Below are positions 28,247-37,189 of a DNA stretch of 53,124 nt, piece after piece. Made by a program: the position numbers and the translations under genes. Numbering within the stretch: position 1 is the first letter of the stretch; each line of letters opens with the position of its first letter. The notes beneath the pieces are model-generated. The model was not told where the DNA came from, made no database searches, and saw only the letters and a list, made by a program, of their open reading frames with translations. The stretch is from a virus (Duplodnaviria; Caudoviricetes), in IMG/VR virus record IMGVR_UViG_3300023091_000001, positions 1 to 53,124 of that record; one strand, 5' to 3'.

Positions 28247-28423
28247 ATGCGTGAGATAAAATTAGATGAATTGACACGTGAATGCGACGCTCTAGAACAG
28301 CGCATTCGGGCTCTCGGCAAGCGGGTTGACGCTTTCGCGGTCAAGGTACGAAAATTTGAACAGGCTTGCAAACAATATAACCAATCCAAGAAAGGGATAA
28401 ATCATGTTTATAGAGATAACTGA
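28247..28423 (+). CDS. Coiled-coil hypothetical protein (58 aa; not in ORF track)
   Basis: MREIKLDELTRECDALEQRIRALGKRV...; fills the gap in the + strand operon. Confidence 0.6.
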   Translation: MREIKLDELTRECDALEQRIRALGKRVDAFAVKVRKFEQACKQYNQSKKGINHVYRDN

Positions 28424-28619
28424 ATATAAGTCAAAAACAAGTCAGGGCAAAGTAATATTAAACGCTGATGCCATCGACGTTGTGTTCCCATTTAACTCTC
28501 GCGCACTGATATACTTCAAGGGCAACTACAAAGCTGCATTAGAAGTCGCTGAAACGTATGAGCAAGTTAGGTCTATGCTGGGTATAGGTATGGCGTGTCT
28601 ACCCCTAGATGTACCCTAG
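28404..28619 (+). CDS. Small protein, FlbD/SwrD-like pattern
   Basis: MFIEITE..VILNADAIDVV..ALIYF..EVAETYEQV. Confidence 0.55.
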   Translation: MFIEITEYKSKTSQGKVILNADAIDVVFPFNSRALIYFKGNYKAALEVAETYEQVRSMLGIGMACLPLDVP

Positions 28620-28897
28620 GCCAGGGGAATAAATAATTGGCCACTAATAGGGTATATTGTAAAACTACCCCTCCCTATTTGAATGGTGGGGGAAAAATTC
28701 CGGGGTTATGCCCCCTATTCAATTGGGAGGCCCCCTAGTCGGACTAGGATGGTCATAGGAGGTAAAATGATATTATCACCTGCAGCACTTGCAGTGGTCA
28801 TGTGTCACTCGCTCCTTGTTGGATGGTGCGTTGGTCGGTACCAAGGATACATGAAGGCCAAATCTATTTATACCAGTAATAAGGAGGAGAGCTTCAG

Positions 28898-29041
28898 ATG
28901 AAATACACTAAAGAAGTAGAAGAGTTTCTTAAGCTACACAAGATACGTTTTAAGGATTTAACCAAAGCCGAGATCGACGAGGTTTTGATCAAAGAATGGG
29001 TCCGGTTTCTGGAGTTGAAAAAAGAGACTAAGGGGGTATAG
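28898..29041 (+). CDS. Hypothetical protein (47 aa)
   Basis: GGAGGAG RBS; MKYTKEVEEFLKLHKIRF... Confidence 0.55.
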   Translation: MKYTKEVEEFLKLHKIRFKDLTKAEIDEVLIKEWVRFLELKKETKGV

Positions 29042-29042
29042 T

Positions 29043-29354
29043 ATGAAATACATCCCTATATTCATACTATTAAGTCTCCTGTTGTCAAGTGTTGTTAAGT
29101 GCGAGGAGAACTCTACCAATATTCCCGTAGATCTTGGTTTAGCAGCTGGGCTTTCGATAGGTTTGTACACCGTATGTCACACTACGTTTGGCACAAAGGA
29201 TAAATACGGATGTATAATTGGCAGTCTTATCGTCACAAATATATTGATGGTCTGTAACATGAACTCTCACGATACCACACGGGTGTTGGATACTAAATTA
29301 TGGACACAAGTCGTTGGGTCTACAATCGTCATCCCAATAGCGTTTTTACCTTAG
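29043..29354 (+). CDS. Membrane protein
   Basis: Signal-like N-terminus and several hydrophobic segments. Confidence 0.65.
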   Translation: MKYIPIFILLSLLLSSVVKCEENSTNIPVDLGLAAGLSIGLYTVCHTTFGTKDKYGCIIGSLIVTNILMVCNMNSHDTTRVLDTKLWTQVVGSTIVIPIAFLP

Positions 29355-29376
29355 AGGCGTTCTTATGAAAAACCCA

Positions 29377-31296
29377 TTAGCTCTGAGGTGCATTTGGCAA
29401 TATGGGCGACTGAGCTGGAGGTTGGGGTACTGCAGTCGGAGTCCCTGCAAGCGCACCCCCAGAAACTGGCATTGGCATCCCTGGAGGGGGTTGCATAGCA
29501 GTCTGTTTCAAATCCTGTATTTGAGTGTAGTAGTCTCGGAGCATTTGCGCTTTTTTCTCCTCTAGCTTCATGGGAACATACAGATTTATATACTGCACCA
29601 CAATTTGCTCGGCTAGCTGTAAGTTGGTGAAGGGGTCAGGCGGTGAGTACTTTCCATCTTCGATTATATCATCTAACGTTTGATATATTCTCTCTTCCGG
29701 GGCATTCGCCAATACTTCTACTTGAGCTAAATCGGCAAAGTCCAAAAGCCTTCGGGCTTCGGTTATGCTAATCATTCCGGCTTGGGTCATTTCCGTTATC
29801 TTGGCTAGGCGGCCACTTGGGTCTCTAGGAAGCGAATTGGCGTTGAATATCTGAATTACTGGGTCTTCGGCCAAATCCGCTTTGGCCAAATCAATCTGCA
29901 TGCTGCCGAGTTTTCCGGGATAAATGGTTGAGTATTTCCCTTCTCGTTTCGCTATATCCTTGGCCAAGTCTGTTATCAAGTACGCTAATTCAACGAAGAA
30001 CTTATCGTAATGCTGAGCTATGGTGGTTAACCGATCGGCAAATACGTCTTCATATGTTCGAATCGCCTCTCCAGAGTCCAAACCGGCTGGTTTCTGGGCG
30101 TTTGCCGCTAACTGAGATATACCACATTGTTTATAACAATAGTCAATAAGCCTCTCTAATTGCCCGTACAGCTCAACGGGAACGCATGGGGCTACCTCGT
30201 ACTGTGGTTTGGTGCCTCGGTACATCACCACGGCTCCTATGGCGTTGTTTAGGTGAGATTTAACGACCTTGGAGCCCTCTTCCACGAATACGCGGGGTAC
30301 GCCGACTAGGTTGATGCTCTGGGACATGGTAATGAGAAGCCTATTTATTTCAACCTGTGTGCCCATCAGCTGCTCGGCTAATCCCTGTGACCAGAATCCC
30401 AGCATTCGGCTGCTATAATGCAGAAAAACGAACGGAAAGTATGGCTTTTCCCAATCTTCATCAAGTATTACACCAGAGGAACACACAATTGAGTGTCGCC
30501 CATCTTTAGCACCTTTTTTACTGGGTAGATGCCAGGCTTCCACGACCATAACTTGGTCAGCTATGGATTTACCTGATTCATCTGAGTTGTCTGGGTAGGC
30601 TTGTTCGGCTAATCTCACTACCCCTTTAACTTCTGGGAAGGCCTCAGCCAATACGTCTCGATCCACGAGTTTCATATGGTACATCTGTCTGGGCTCGCCA
30701 TACATTCCGTCATTCATATCTACTAAAAGCTCGGTATTAAGAAGCCGCTCTACGCTAACAAGACCATCCTTTTCCAGCACTTTTACCACGCCGGTGCCGG
30801 TTATCGCTGCGTCTTTTAGGGCTGCTTCACCCTTCTCATACGCCTTGGTACGGTAGAACTCGCCGTCCATGAAAGCATTGAGCTTTTTCGCTAGGTTACG
30901 TTGTTTATAGTCTCCACCGTCCGTAAGAAATACTGCTCTAGGCTTCGACTGCGATATGCGGGCTACGAGGGTGTCTGAGCAGCTCTGGATGGCGTTAAAG
31001 GTTGGACGATCTATCGGTACTGTTCCGGAGAGGCCAACTTTGGTTAGGTTGGTTCCAACGACCCCCATAAGCGGAATACTTCCATACAATCGCGAGAATA
31101 CGGCGATTTGACGATAGCGGTGGTTCTGCGTGCGTTTCAAGTATTCGAACGAGCTGAGTAATTCGTTCTGAAGTTGTCGTTTTCCGGTCGATTTCCACCA
31201 ACTTGCAACTGTTGCGATGCGTCTAACGTCCTTATTAGTCGTATGCGCTTGTATTGTAGTGCGTTCCCCAGCTTCTTTTCGTCTTACTGTTGGCAT
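29377..31296 (-). CDS. Portal protein
   Basis: 639 aa with a podovirus portal-like layout (NAIQSCSDTLVARI..P, DAAITGTGVVKV, PFVF..GFWSQGLAEQL, SGEAIR) and a P/Q-rich tail. Confidence 0.85.
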   Translation of the reverse strand: MPTVRRKEAGERTTIQAHTTNKDVRRIATVASWWKSTGKRQLQNELLSSFEYLKRTQNHRYRQIAVFSRLYGSIPLMGVVGTNLTKVGLSGTVPIDRPTFNAIQSCSDTLVARISQSKPRAVFLTDGGDYKQRNLAKKLNAFMDGEFYRTKAYEKGEAALKDAAITGTGVVKVLEKDGLVSVERLLNTELLVDMNDGMYGEPRQMYHMKLVDRDVLAEAFPEVKGVVRLAEQAYPDNSDESGKSIADQVMVVEAWHLPSKKGAKDGRHSIVCSSGVILDEDWEKPYFPFVFLHYSSRMLGFWSQGLAEQLMGTQVEINRLLITMSQSINLVGVPRVFVEEGSKVVKSHLNNAIGAVVMYRGTKPQYEVAPCVPVELYGQLERLIDYCYKQCGISQLAANAQKPAGLDSGEAIRTYEDVFADRLTTIAQHYDKFFVELAYLITDLAKDIAKREGKYSTIYPGKLGSMQIDLAKADLAEDPVIQIFNANSLPRDPSGRLAKITEMTQAGMISITEARRLLDFADLAQVEVLANAPEERIYQTLDDIIEDGKYSPPDPFTNLQLAEQIVVQYINLYVPMKLEEKKAQMLRDYYTQIQDLKQTAMQPPPGMPMPVSGGALAGTPTAVPQPPAQSPILPNAPQS

Positions 31297-31299
31297 ATA

Positions 31300-31572
31300 T
31301 TATTCCTGTTCATCCTTTTCTGGAGGTATCTGTGCCGAACTCCAGAACAAAACATCTTCTTCACTATAATTCAAAGGCCTGATTTCTCCGTCCTCCACTC
31401 CATTATCTTTCGACAATTGCTTGCGTTTATAATAGCTTAGTGGCGCTTCAGGAGCTGACTGCAACTCAATCTCTATTTCATCGAGTTTTAATCGTTTAAT
31501 GCCATGTTTTCGCATTAGCGCTGTCATTTTCTTAATTTTTGAACTTTGACTTTTTAAGGTATCGTCCATCAT
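31300..31572 (-). CDS. Small protein upstream of portal
   Basis: 90 aa; LMRKHGIKRLKLDEIEIEL. Confidence 0.7.
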   Translation of the reverse strand: MMDDTLKSQSSKIKKMTALMRKHGIKRLKLDEIEIELQSAPEAPLSYYKRKQLSKDNGVEDGEIRPLNYSEEDVLFWSSAQIPPEKDEQE

Positions 31573-31577
31573 ACAAA

Positions 31578-31594
31578 AGGCATATAACTTGCCT
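31578..31594. promoter_or_regulatory. Quasi-palindromic bidirectional GG-N10-GC element between divergent genes
   Basis: AGGCATATAACTTGCCT reads GG-N10-GC on both strands. Confidence 0.4.
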
Positions 31595-31616
31595 ATGCCT
31601 TATTTAGAGGTATCAT

Positions 31617-31865
31617 ATGCACGGTATATTACCGAGGTTCCCAATGCCTAATAAATCGGCAGAGGACGAAAAGTTCGATGCAGCTGAAAATGGACTAATA
31701 GTCGCTATGCACGAATTGAAGGAAGCTCTCGCAGAAGGCGACATCATGGCCGCAGCTCGCGCCTTTCACGCAGCCTTCCAGTGCTGCGAGTGCCAGCCCC
31801 ATGAAGAATACGATAAAGATGAAGAAGCCGATAAACCAGCTTATCAACCCCCACCCATCGAGTAA
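31617..31865 (+). CDS. Acidic hypothetical protein
   Basis: GAGGT RBS, 82 aa. Confidence 0.7.
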   Translation: MHGILPRFPMPNKSAEDEKFDAAENGLIVAMHELKEALAEGDIMAAARAFHAAFQCCECQPHEEYDKDEEADKPAYQPPPIE

Positions 31866-31868
31866 TTT

Positions 31869-32342
31869 ATGCCATTAAAATCGGGTTCTTCAAAAAAAGC
31901 GATGAGCCAAAACATTAAAACCGAAATGGCTGCCGGAAAGCCCCAGAAACAAGCTATCGCAATAGCTTACTCTGTGGCTAGGCACGGTAAACCACGTAAG
32001 ATGGCAGAAGGCGGAGAAGTAAACATGGACGCTAAATCCAAATCCAAGAAACTGTTAGACGATTATTTTCACCAACGGCTTCAGCAGGACATCCAGGCAT
32101 ACGCCGGACTTCCCAAAGATATAGACCATATGGATGAAATGGAACCGAAGATGGGTGAAGCTGATCCCGAGCATTTCGAAATGAGCCCTAATGACATGTC
32201 CGACGAACAGGACGAGCATAGAATGGCGAAAGGCGGAGAAGCTGAGCCAGAAGAGCCGATGGAGTCTAAGGAGAAGGTGCAGGCGCACAGGTCACGAATG
32301 AGAGGACTTGTAGAAGCGATTATGGCAAAGCGGAAAAAGTAA
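31869..32342 (+). CDS. Virion-associated small protein (MPLKSG..QAIAIAYS type)
   Basis: Common phage N-terminal motif; two MAxGG motifs. Confidence 0.75.
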   Translation: MPLKSGSSKKAMSQNIKTEMAAGKPQKQAIAIAYSVARHGKPRKMAEGGEVNMDAKSKSKKLLDDYFHQRLQQDIQAYAGLPKDIDHMDEMEPKMGEADPEHFEMSPNDMSDEQDEHRMAKGGEAEPEEPMESKEKVQAHRSRMRGLVEAIMAKRKK

Positions 32343-32349
32343 TAGGAAA

Positions 32350-32553
32350 TTACCCACCTAATTCACCACCCAGCTTATTTTTCCAACTCCCACAGTGGAT
32401 ACAGCGAGGCATCCAAACGGTCCGGTTACCAGCTTTGAGTGCTACATCCAACTTATAACAGTGCCTACAGCCCTTTTTAACCTCATCCTGAGCGTCTAAA
32501 TACCCCTGCTTATAGCCCTTGGCGTACTGCTGGGCTAAGAGTTTAGTATACAT
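32350..32553 (-). CDS. Zn-ribbon hypothetical protein
   Basis: CRHC...CIHC. Confidence 0.6.
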   Translation of the reverse strand: MYTKLLAQQYAKGYKQGYLDAQDEVKKGCRHCYKLDVALKAGNRTVWMPRCIHCGSWKNKLGGELGG

Positions 32554-32785
32554 CCCCGTTATCCTTTATTTTCTGATCTTCGTAAGCTCCTACCACACGT
32601 CGCTGAAACTCGGCTTTAGCGCTCTCCAGTGCTCCTACAATGTCATTAATAGCTTGGTATTTGGGGCCATGTGCTAGCCAATACTCTCTAACAAGCGTAG
32701 TTATCAAAAAATTCAGCTCGCCAGAATTCATGGGCTTTCCGCCATTAGTCAAGATGTGTCGTTTTAATTTTTCAATGTATGGCAT
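32543..32785 (-). CDS. Conserved phage protein (DUF6899-like)
   Basis: MPYI..GELNF..GALESAKAEF.RR.V..YED.KI..NGDVY. Confidence 0.75.
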   Translation of the reverse strand: MPYIEKLKRHILTNGGKPMNSGELNFLITTLVREYWLAHGPKYQAINDIVGALESAKAEFQRRVVGAYEDQKIKDNGDVY

Positions 32786-32805
32786 AAGGCACCTCCAAAG
32801 TTTTA

Positions 32806-33039
32806 TTATTTAGCGTTATCAATTAAATCGTTCCCATTCTCCAACATATAGGCCGCCATACATTCATCGCATAGCCAATGCTTTTCGTCCGGGGTCAGGG
32901 TCAGAAAGCGGACTTGATTACAGCTGTCGCAGGCTATATCTGGCTTCTTACTCAGTAATGGCTTTATAACGTGTTCCATAAGGAGCTCCGCTATTATAAC
33001 TCCAATAACAACTTCTAAAATTCCCAATAATACTGTCAT
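32806..33039 (-). CDS. Membrane-anchored Zn-finger protein
   Basis: N-terminal TM segment; CDSC...CDEC. Confidence 0.65.
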   Translation of the reverse strand: MTVLLGILEVVIGVIIAELLMEHVIKPLLSKKPDIACDSCNQVRFLTLTPDEKHWLCDECMAAYMLENGNDLIDNAK

Positions 33040-33347
33040 ATCTCAATGTCCTCCGAATCCTCCTCTGACTGAGAGCCTAACGAACCTGACTTTGAGCTAT
33101 TTACTATGACCTTTTTAATATCTTGCTGTATGGATGTCATGTTAGTGCTTAGGGAGCCCTTGACCCAGTATTTCTTTATGTTGTAATTTGCCAGAGCCAA
33201 TAAAAGGGTTCCTAGGTCCAACATGTTCGCCTGCTCCACATACGCAAGTTTAATAACCACTATAATAAGCGCTATATTGGTCAGGGACAACCGTTTGTCA
33301 TCGTCAATCAGTCGTAAAAAATTCAATAAACGAGTTATTTGGGTCAT
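33036..33347 (-). CDS. Membrane protein (possible holin)
   Basis: Two hydrophobic segments following RLSLTN. Confidence 0.5.
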   Translation of the reverse strand: MTQITRLLNFLRLIDDDKRLSLTNIALIIVVIKLAYVEQANMLDLGTLLLALANYNIKKYWVKGSLSTNMTSIQQDIKKVIVNSSKSGSLGSQSEEDSEDIEI

Positions 33348-33553
33348 TAGTCTAAATCCTCCACAGTACTAGAATTAGCCCGGTCACTAAGACGTTTAAA
33401 CTCAGCTTCACAATTCTCTAACGCTTTGCATAATGATGATACATACAGGCATCCCATAAACATAAGAACCATAGCTAGAATCAGGCTTCCCTTCTCCCCG
33501 ATTACCACCCCAGCCACGAATATGCAGCTAACGCTTAGAAAATATCCTATCAC
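33347..33553 (-). CDS. Small two-TM membrane protein
   Basis: Two hydrophobic helices; AAGGAGG RBS. Confidence 0.6.
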   Translation of the reverse strand: MIGYFLSVSCIFVAGVVIGEKGSLILAMVLMFMGCLYVSSLCKALENCEAEFKRLSDRANSSTVEDLD

Positions 33554-33598
33554 ATATCCTCCTTTTTAAAAACGCCCTATTAGCCCCATTGGGTGTAA

Positions 33599-33814
33599 CT
33601 ACTCAATAAAAACTAGCAATGTTCCCAAATCCCAGTCGTAATATTCTAGTTCGTACCTGTTGCTTACACGCAACAAATCCTTCCTAATCATACCCTGCCC
33701 AGTAATAAATCGCACAGCCAGATGATCCCGGTCTTTTCGAACTCGATCGATTAATGCTATCAACTCGCTAACTGCATATCTACTAGTTTTCCCATGCATG
33801 TCTAGTGTTATCAT
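33599..33814 (-). CDS. Stand-alone Smr (MutS2 C-terminal-like) domain protein
   Basis: TLDMHG and VRFITGQG motifs, C-terminal GTLLV. Confidence 0.75.
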   Translation of the reverse strand: MITLDMHGKTSRYAVSELIALIDRVRKDRDHLAVRFITGQGMIRKDLLRVSNRYELEYYDWDLGTLLVFIE

Positions 33815-33816
33815 AA

Positions 33817-34173
33817 TTAGCCCCGTAAAGCCCTCAGGACCGCATGCAATTTGGACTTAGTCGCTACCAAGTCACGGGCACACACACGTCCTTCTGATTC
33901 AGCTGTACTGCTCAACCGATCATCCATATTTCCACAGTCGGTGAACTTCGGGTTACTTAGTATATCACTCCTATTCGCGTACACGGCTCTGGCAACTTTT
34001 CGCTTTAACGCTGGAGTCGAATGCAACGCGGAGGACTTAGGAATCCAACCTCCTACGTACTCCATATTAAAGCGATACAACCAAAGCGCTTCATCTGTCG
34101 ATAATAACTGAATGTAATCTTGGTCGAGCTTCCATTTATTGCAAATAAAATTTTCCCAATTCCAGCGTTTCAT
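33817..34173 (-). CDS. Hypothetical protein
   Basis: 118 aa within the operon. Confidence 0.65.
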   Translation of the reverse strand: MKRWNWENFICNKWKLDQDYIQLLSTDEALWLYRFNMEYVGGWIPKSSALHSTPALKRKVARAVYANRSDILSNPKFTDCGNMDDRLSSTAESEGRVCARDLVATKSKLHAVLRALRG

Positions 34174-34174
34174 A

Positions 34175-34471
34175 TCATTTTTTTAGTAGCGCTGTTCCCG
34201 CAACACCCACCGCTACTCCTCCCAATACGTACCAATACCAATCTACCTTCTGCTCCTCGGCTGTCAGTTGTTTGTAAGCCTCATCACGCTCTTTAGTCAA
34301 CACCATAATCTTAAGCTCCTGAGCCGCGTTTAACTCTTCTAGGCTTTTCACATACGTCTCACAGAGCCCTAATACATCGTCGCACGTAGCCGCGCGTACC
34401 GAGCTAGTTAAGATTGCTAAGACCAGAGCGCTTGTAATCATCAATTGCTTGAACATACTTAAACCTCGCAT
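34175..34471 (-). CDS. Signal peptide + coiled coil + C-terminal TM (spanin-like partner)
   Basis: Hydrophobic at both ends; overlaps the upstream gene. Confidence 0.55.
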   Translation of the reverse strand: MRGLSMFKQLMITSALVLAILTSSVRAATCDDVLGLCETYVKSLEELNAAQELKIMVLTKERDEAYKQLTAEEQKVDWYWYVLGGVAVGVAGTALLKK

Positions 34472-34688
34472 TACTTACTTTTTTGGTTGCAGTCGCGATA
34501 GCCCGGTCCGCCTTATCTTCTTCGATTTCATGTGCTTGCCGCAACAAGTCAATCCGAGCTACGTGCAACTGGTCGTTCTTTATTTTCAGAGTTAGAACCA
34601 ACACAGCAATTCCAGCCGCACTCATAATTTGCATCCACTGGGCTATTGTCAGTTTCAGGTTCTTAATATAGGACCAAATAGCTAGCAT
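34404..34688 (-). CDS. N-terminal TM + coiled coil (i-spanin-like)
   Basis: AAGIAVLVLTL followed by a helical region; AAGGAG RBS. Confidence 0.55.
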   Translation of the reverse strand: MLAIWSYIKNLKLTIAQWMQIMSAAGIAVLVLTLKIKNDQLHVARIDLLRQAHEIEEDKADRAIATATKKVSNARFKYVQAIDDYKRSGLSNLN

Positions 34689-34689
34689 G

Positions 34690-34962
34690 TTACACTCCTT
34701 TAATCACTCGCTTTGAGATTACCGTGCTCTTCAGAATTAGAAAAGCCTCATTATTTTGATGATCTCCCATGTTATCCCCAGTTATCCAGGTTACAACTGT
34801 GTAATATAGCTTAGTTTCCTTGTAGACCCAGCCGACAATACGGCAGATAAGAGGATGCTCCACTTGTTCGACAGTACCAGAACTGTGGTCATAGAATTGT
34901 AGTACAACGAGCGGATAATGCGTCTTATCATCCATAACATTACTCCTTGTAAAGTTTACCAT
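34690..34962 (-). CDS. Hypothetical protein
   Basis: VVLQFYDHSS..IVGWV pattern; probable start at MDDKTH. Confidence 0.65.
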   Translation of the reverse strand: MVNFTRSNVMDDKTHYPLVVLQFYDHSSGTVEQVEHPLICRIVGWVYKETKLYYTVVTWITGDNMGDHQNNEAFLILKSTVISKRVIKGV

Positions 34963-35797
34963 TCACTACACATTGATAGTCTACGATAGGAACTGGAACC
35001 AAGAAAACATTGCCTGTGCGAACATCCAAGTAACCCAAGCCAAAACCTAATGTACAGTCTCTTAGAACTTTAGCCCTATGCTCGTAGTCTATCATATTTA
35101 CATCACCAAGCCAACCAAAAGAACAAGATATGTGCGTTTCTCCGGAAGCATTGCCCTCGACCATGTAGGCCATACGGTGTGTATGAGCTGTAACTGTATT
35201 ATGCTGATAGATCTCAATGGAGCGGTAAATTGCAAACCGCCCAGTAGCTCCAACGTCGTGAGTCGAGAAGAGCTTGCCTGTCTTATGATCACTTTTGTAG
35301 GGTACAAACTGCCATCCACGTTGCTTAAGTTTGAGAATCTTTTCCAAGCGCACCATGTTGAATACCTGGGGAGCTTTATCTCGCATGTAGCGTTCCAAAC
35401 GATCCTCATGATTCCCGGCTATGTACACTTTGGTGGTAGCCCCCAGACTATCCAGCTGGTCCAAACCCACATTCCCAGAAGCCACTTCACTGTCTAACCT
35501 ACTCGCTCTATTAGGGTCTTTAGAAAAGGAGCTGACTGAATAGAAATCCAGGAAGTCCCCTAAAACCTCTATCTGGTCAACGCCGATGTCCTTTGCGACT
35601 TTTAGCATTAGCTGAAATGCCTTTTCGTCGTGGTAGGGTCGATGCACGTCTGGAACGTACAAGATCGTACGCAGCCTTGAGCAATTTTTCAAGCTCTTCG
35701 TCACTTGAAATAGATTTTTCTTCTTCATAGGAAACAACCTCCTCATTCTCAATTGCAATCTGCTCAGCGAGCCTTTTGAACATCGAATCAAGCTCAC
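34940..35797 (-). CDS. Calcineurin-like metallophosphoesterase (start uncertain, probably near 35692)
   Basis: DVH, GDFLD, GNHE, THD and AHTH motifs. Confidence 0.9.
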   Translation of the reverse strand: MSLIRCSKGSLSRLQLRMRRLFPMKKKNLFQVTKSLKNCSRLRTILYVPDVHRPYHDEKAFQLMLKVAKDIGVDQIEVLGDFLDFYSVSSFSKDPNRASRLDSEVASGNVGLDQLDSLGATTKVYIAGNHEDRLERYMRDKAPQVFNMVRLEKILKLKQRGWQFVPYKSDHKTGKLFSTHDVGATGRFAIYRSIEIYQHNTVTAHTHRMAYMVEGNASGETHISCSFGWLGDVNMIDYEHRAKVLRDCTLGFGLGYLDVRTGNVFLVPVPIVDYQCVVNGKLYKE

Positions 35798-35927
35798 TAT
35801 TTTTATCCCTTATATTTTCCAAAGAACCGTGTCGTCTAATTCGATGATAGTGGGCAAAACAATAGCCTCTGGAGTTCACATTCCTTTCACAACCAGGAGC
35901 CTGACATTTACTTTGTTTTCCAGTCAT
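35577..35927 (-). CDS. Zn-finger protein (C..C..GYC..HY.R..RHG)
   Basis: Motif typical of the N-termini of HNH proteins; overlaps the phosphoesterase. Confidence 0.6.
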   Translation of the reverse strand: MTGKQSKCQAPGCERNVNSRGYCFAHYHRIRRHGSLENIRDKNSELDSMFKRLAEQIAIENEEVVSYEEEKSISSDEELEKLLKAAYDLVRSRRASTLPRRKGISANAKSRKGHRR

Positions 35928-36252
35928 AAGATATCACCATATTCTTACTGGTATAACCTGCATTATTTTTAACAATATTTCTAAAAGACACATCGTAACC
36001 AAGCAGCTTCAACTCTTCCGACGTCTCGTCAACAATCATATCGGAGACCATACTAACTTCGACAATCGCTTTATTGATTCCCCCAGTAATCGACTGATTT
36101 AGAAGCTGCAACACTCCTTTCCGGAATTGTTGAACTGCCTGATGTCGAGCATCCACCATCTTGGGAAAAGCCACTTCCACAGCAGCTGGAGCTATCATCT
36201 CTTCTGGGTTTTGCGTTTCTTGTTCAGCTAGTTCTTTTAGTTCGTCTGTCAT
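35908..36252 (-). CDS. Hypothetical protein
   Basis: AGGAGG RBS. Confidence 0.7.
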   Translation of the reverse strand: MTDELKELAEQETQNPEEMIAPAAVEVAFPKMVDARHQAVQQFRKGVLQLLNQSITGGINKAIVEVSMVSDMIVDETSEELKLLGYDVSFRNIVKNNAGYTSKNMVISYDWKTK

Positions 36253-36260
36253 GAATCCTC

Positions 36261-36617
36261 CTATTCAAATTTCATTTTCTTCATTGTTTTTGCATCGTAA
36301 ATTGCCAAATTCAATAATCTACCAAGAGCTAATTCAACCTTTGTCCCAGGTGACTTCTGCCAGTCAGGAAGCAGCGCTATTGCATCACATTCGCAAATAG
36401 CTGCTAAATCACGCTTCATTGCATCCCTGTAACTGCAACGCTCTTCCATTGGAGTATACTCATTAGTACCGTTAACGCGGTCAAGGTCAGCCGGGGAAAC
36501 AACTGCATATCCGGCTTTGCGCCACTTCTTAGCGGCCTTATCAAAGCTCGGGAAATTTAGGAGTGGAAGCCCGCTCATCGGGCCAGCGATATATACTTTC
36601 TCTCGATCCTGCTTCAT
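36261..36617 (-). CDS. DUF4406 / nucleoside 2-deoxyribosyltransferase-like protein
   Basis: KVYIAGPMSG..NFPSF..SPA..CDAIALLPDWQKSPGTKVE. Confidence 0.85.
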   Translation of the reverse strand: MKQDREKVYIAGPMSGLPLLNFPSFDKAAKKWRKAGYAVVSPADLDRVNGTNEYTPMEERCSYRDAMKRDLAAICECDAIALLPDWQKSPGTKVELALGRLLNLAIYDAKTMKKMKFE

Positions 36618-37189
36618 TTATTTCCTCCCTTTTTATACAAGTCGTTCAATTCGGGATGCGTCTCTCGGTATTCAATCAAAAAAGCTGCATTACACGCTAT
36701 ATGGAATATATGGGGTAACCCAGATTCCTTATCAATTTCTTCTCCGTCCTGAATAAGAAGTTTGGCATGTCTCATTAAACTTTCTCCAGTTTCGCTCCAC
36801 GACATGCCCTTTCGCCAATTCTGGGCCGGGTACTTACCCCCACCCTCAGCTGAGCTTTTCCATAAAACTTTAGCTACCGCTCTCTCTAATGATGCAGGAA
36901 CCCACGATAGCTTGTCTTTATCTGTATTATATCGTATTCCCTTAGTCTCAGCAAGAGATTCTTTTCCATCTTCAACAATTAATAGTTTATTTTCCATCGA
37001 GGGAGTAGGTCCACTAAGAGCGCCATTATTACACATACCAGCTTGTTCATCTAGACAATCCGGACATTGCCAAGAACCGACGTAGGAGCCCTTCTCAGCG
37101 CTCTCCATAAAGAAATATTTATCATGCTTGGGACAACAATATCCGTAACTTACGCTACTCGATTTATCACTCATCTCATTCCACCCCAA
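36614..37189 (-). CDS. dATP/dGTP diphosphohydrolase (DUF5664-like)
   Basis: KY..NWRKGM.WS....LMRH...D.ESGLPH..H.ACN..FL. Confidence 0.85.
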   Translation of the reverse strand: MGWNEMSDKSSSVSYGYCCPKHDKYFFMESAEKGSYVGSWQCPDCLDEQAGMCNNGALSGPTPSMENKLLIVEDGKESLAETKGIRYNTDKDKLSWVPASLERAVAKVLWKSSAEGGGKYPAQNWRKGMSWSETGESLMRHAKLLIQDGEEIDKESGLPHIFHIACNAAFLIEYRETHPELNDLYKKGGNK

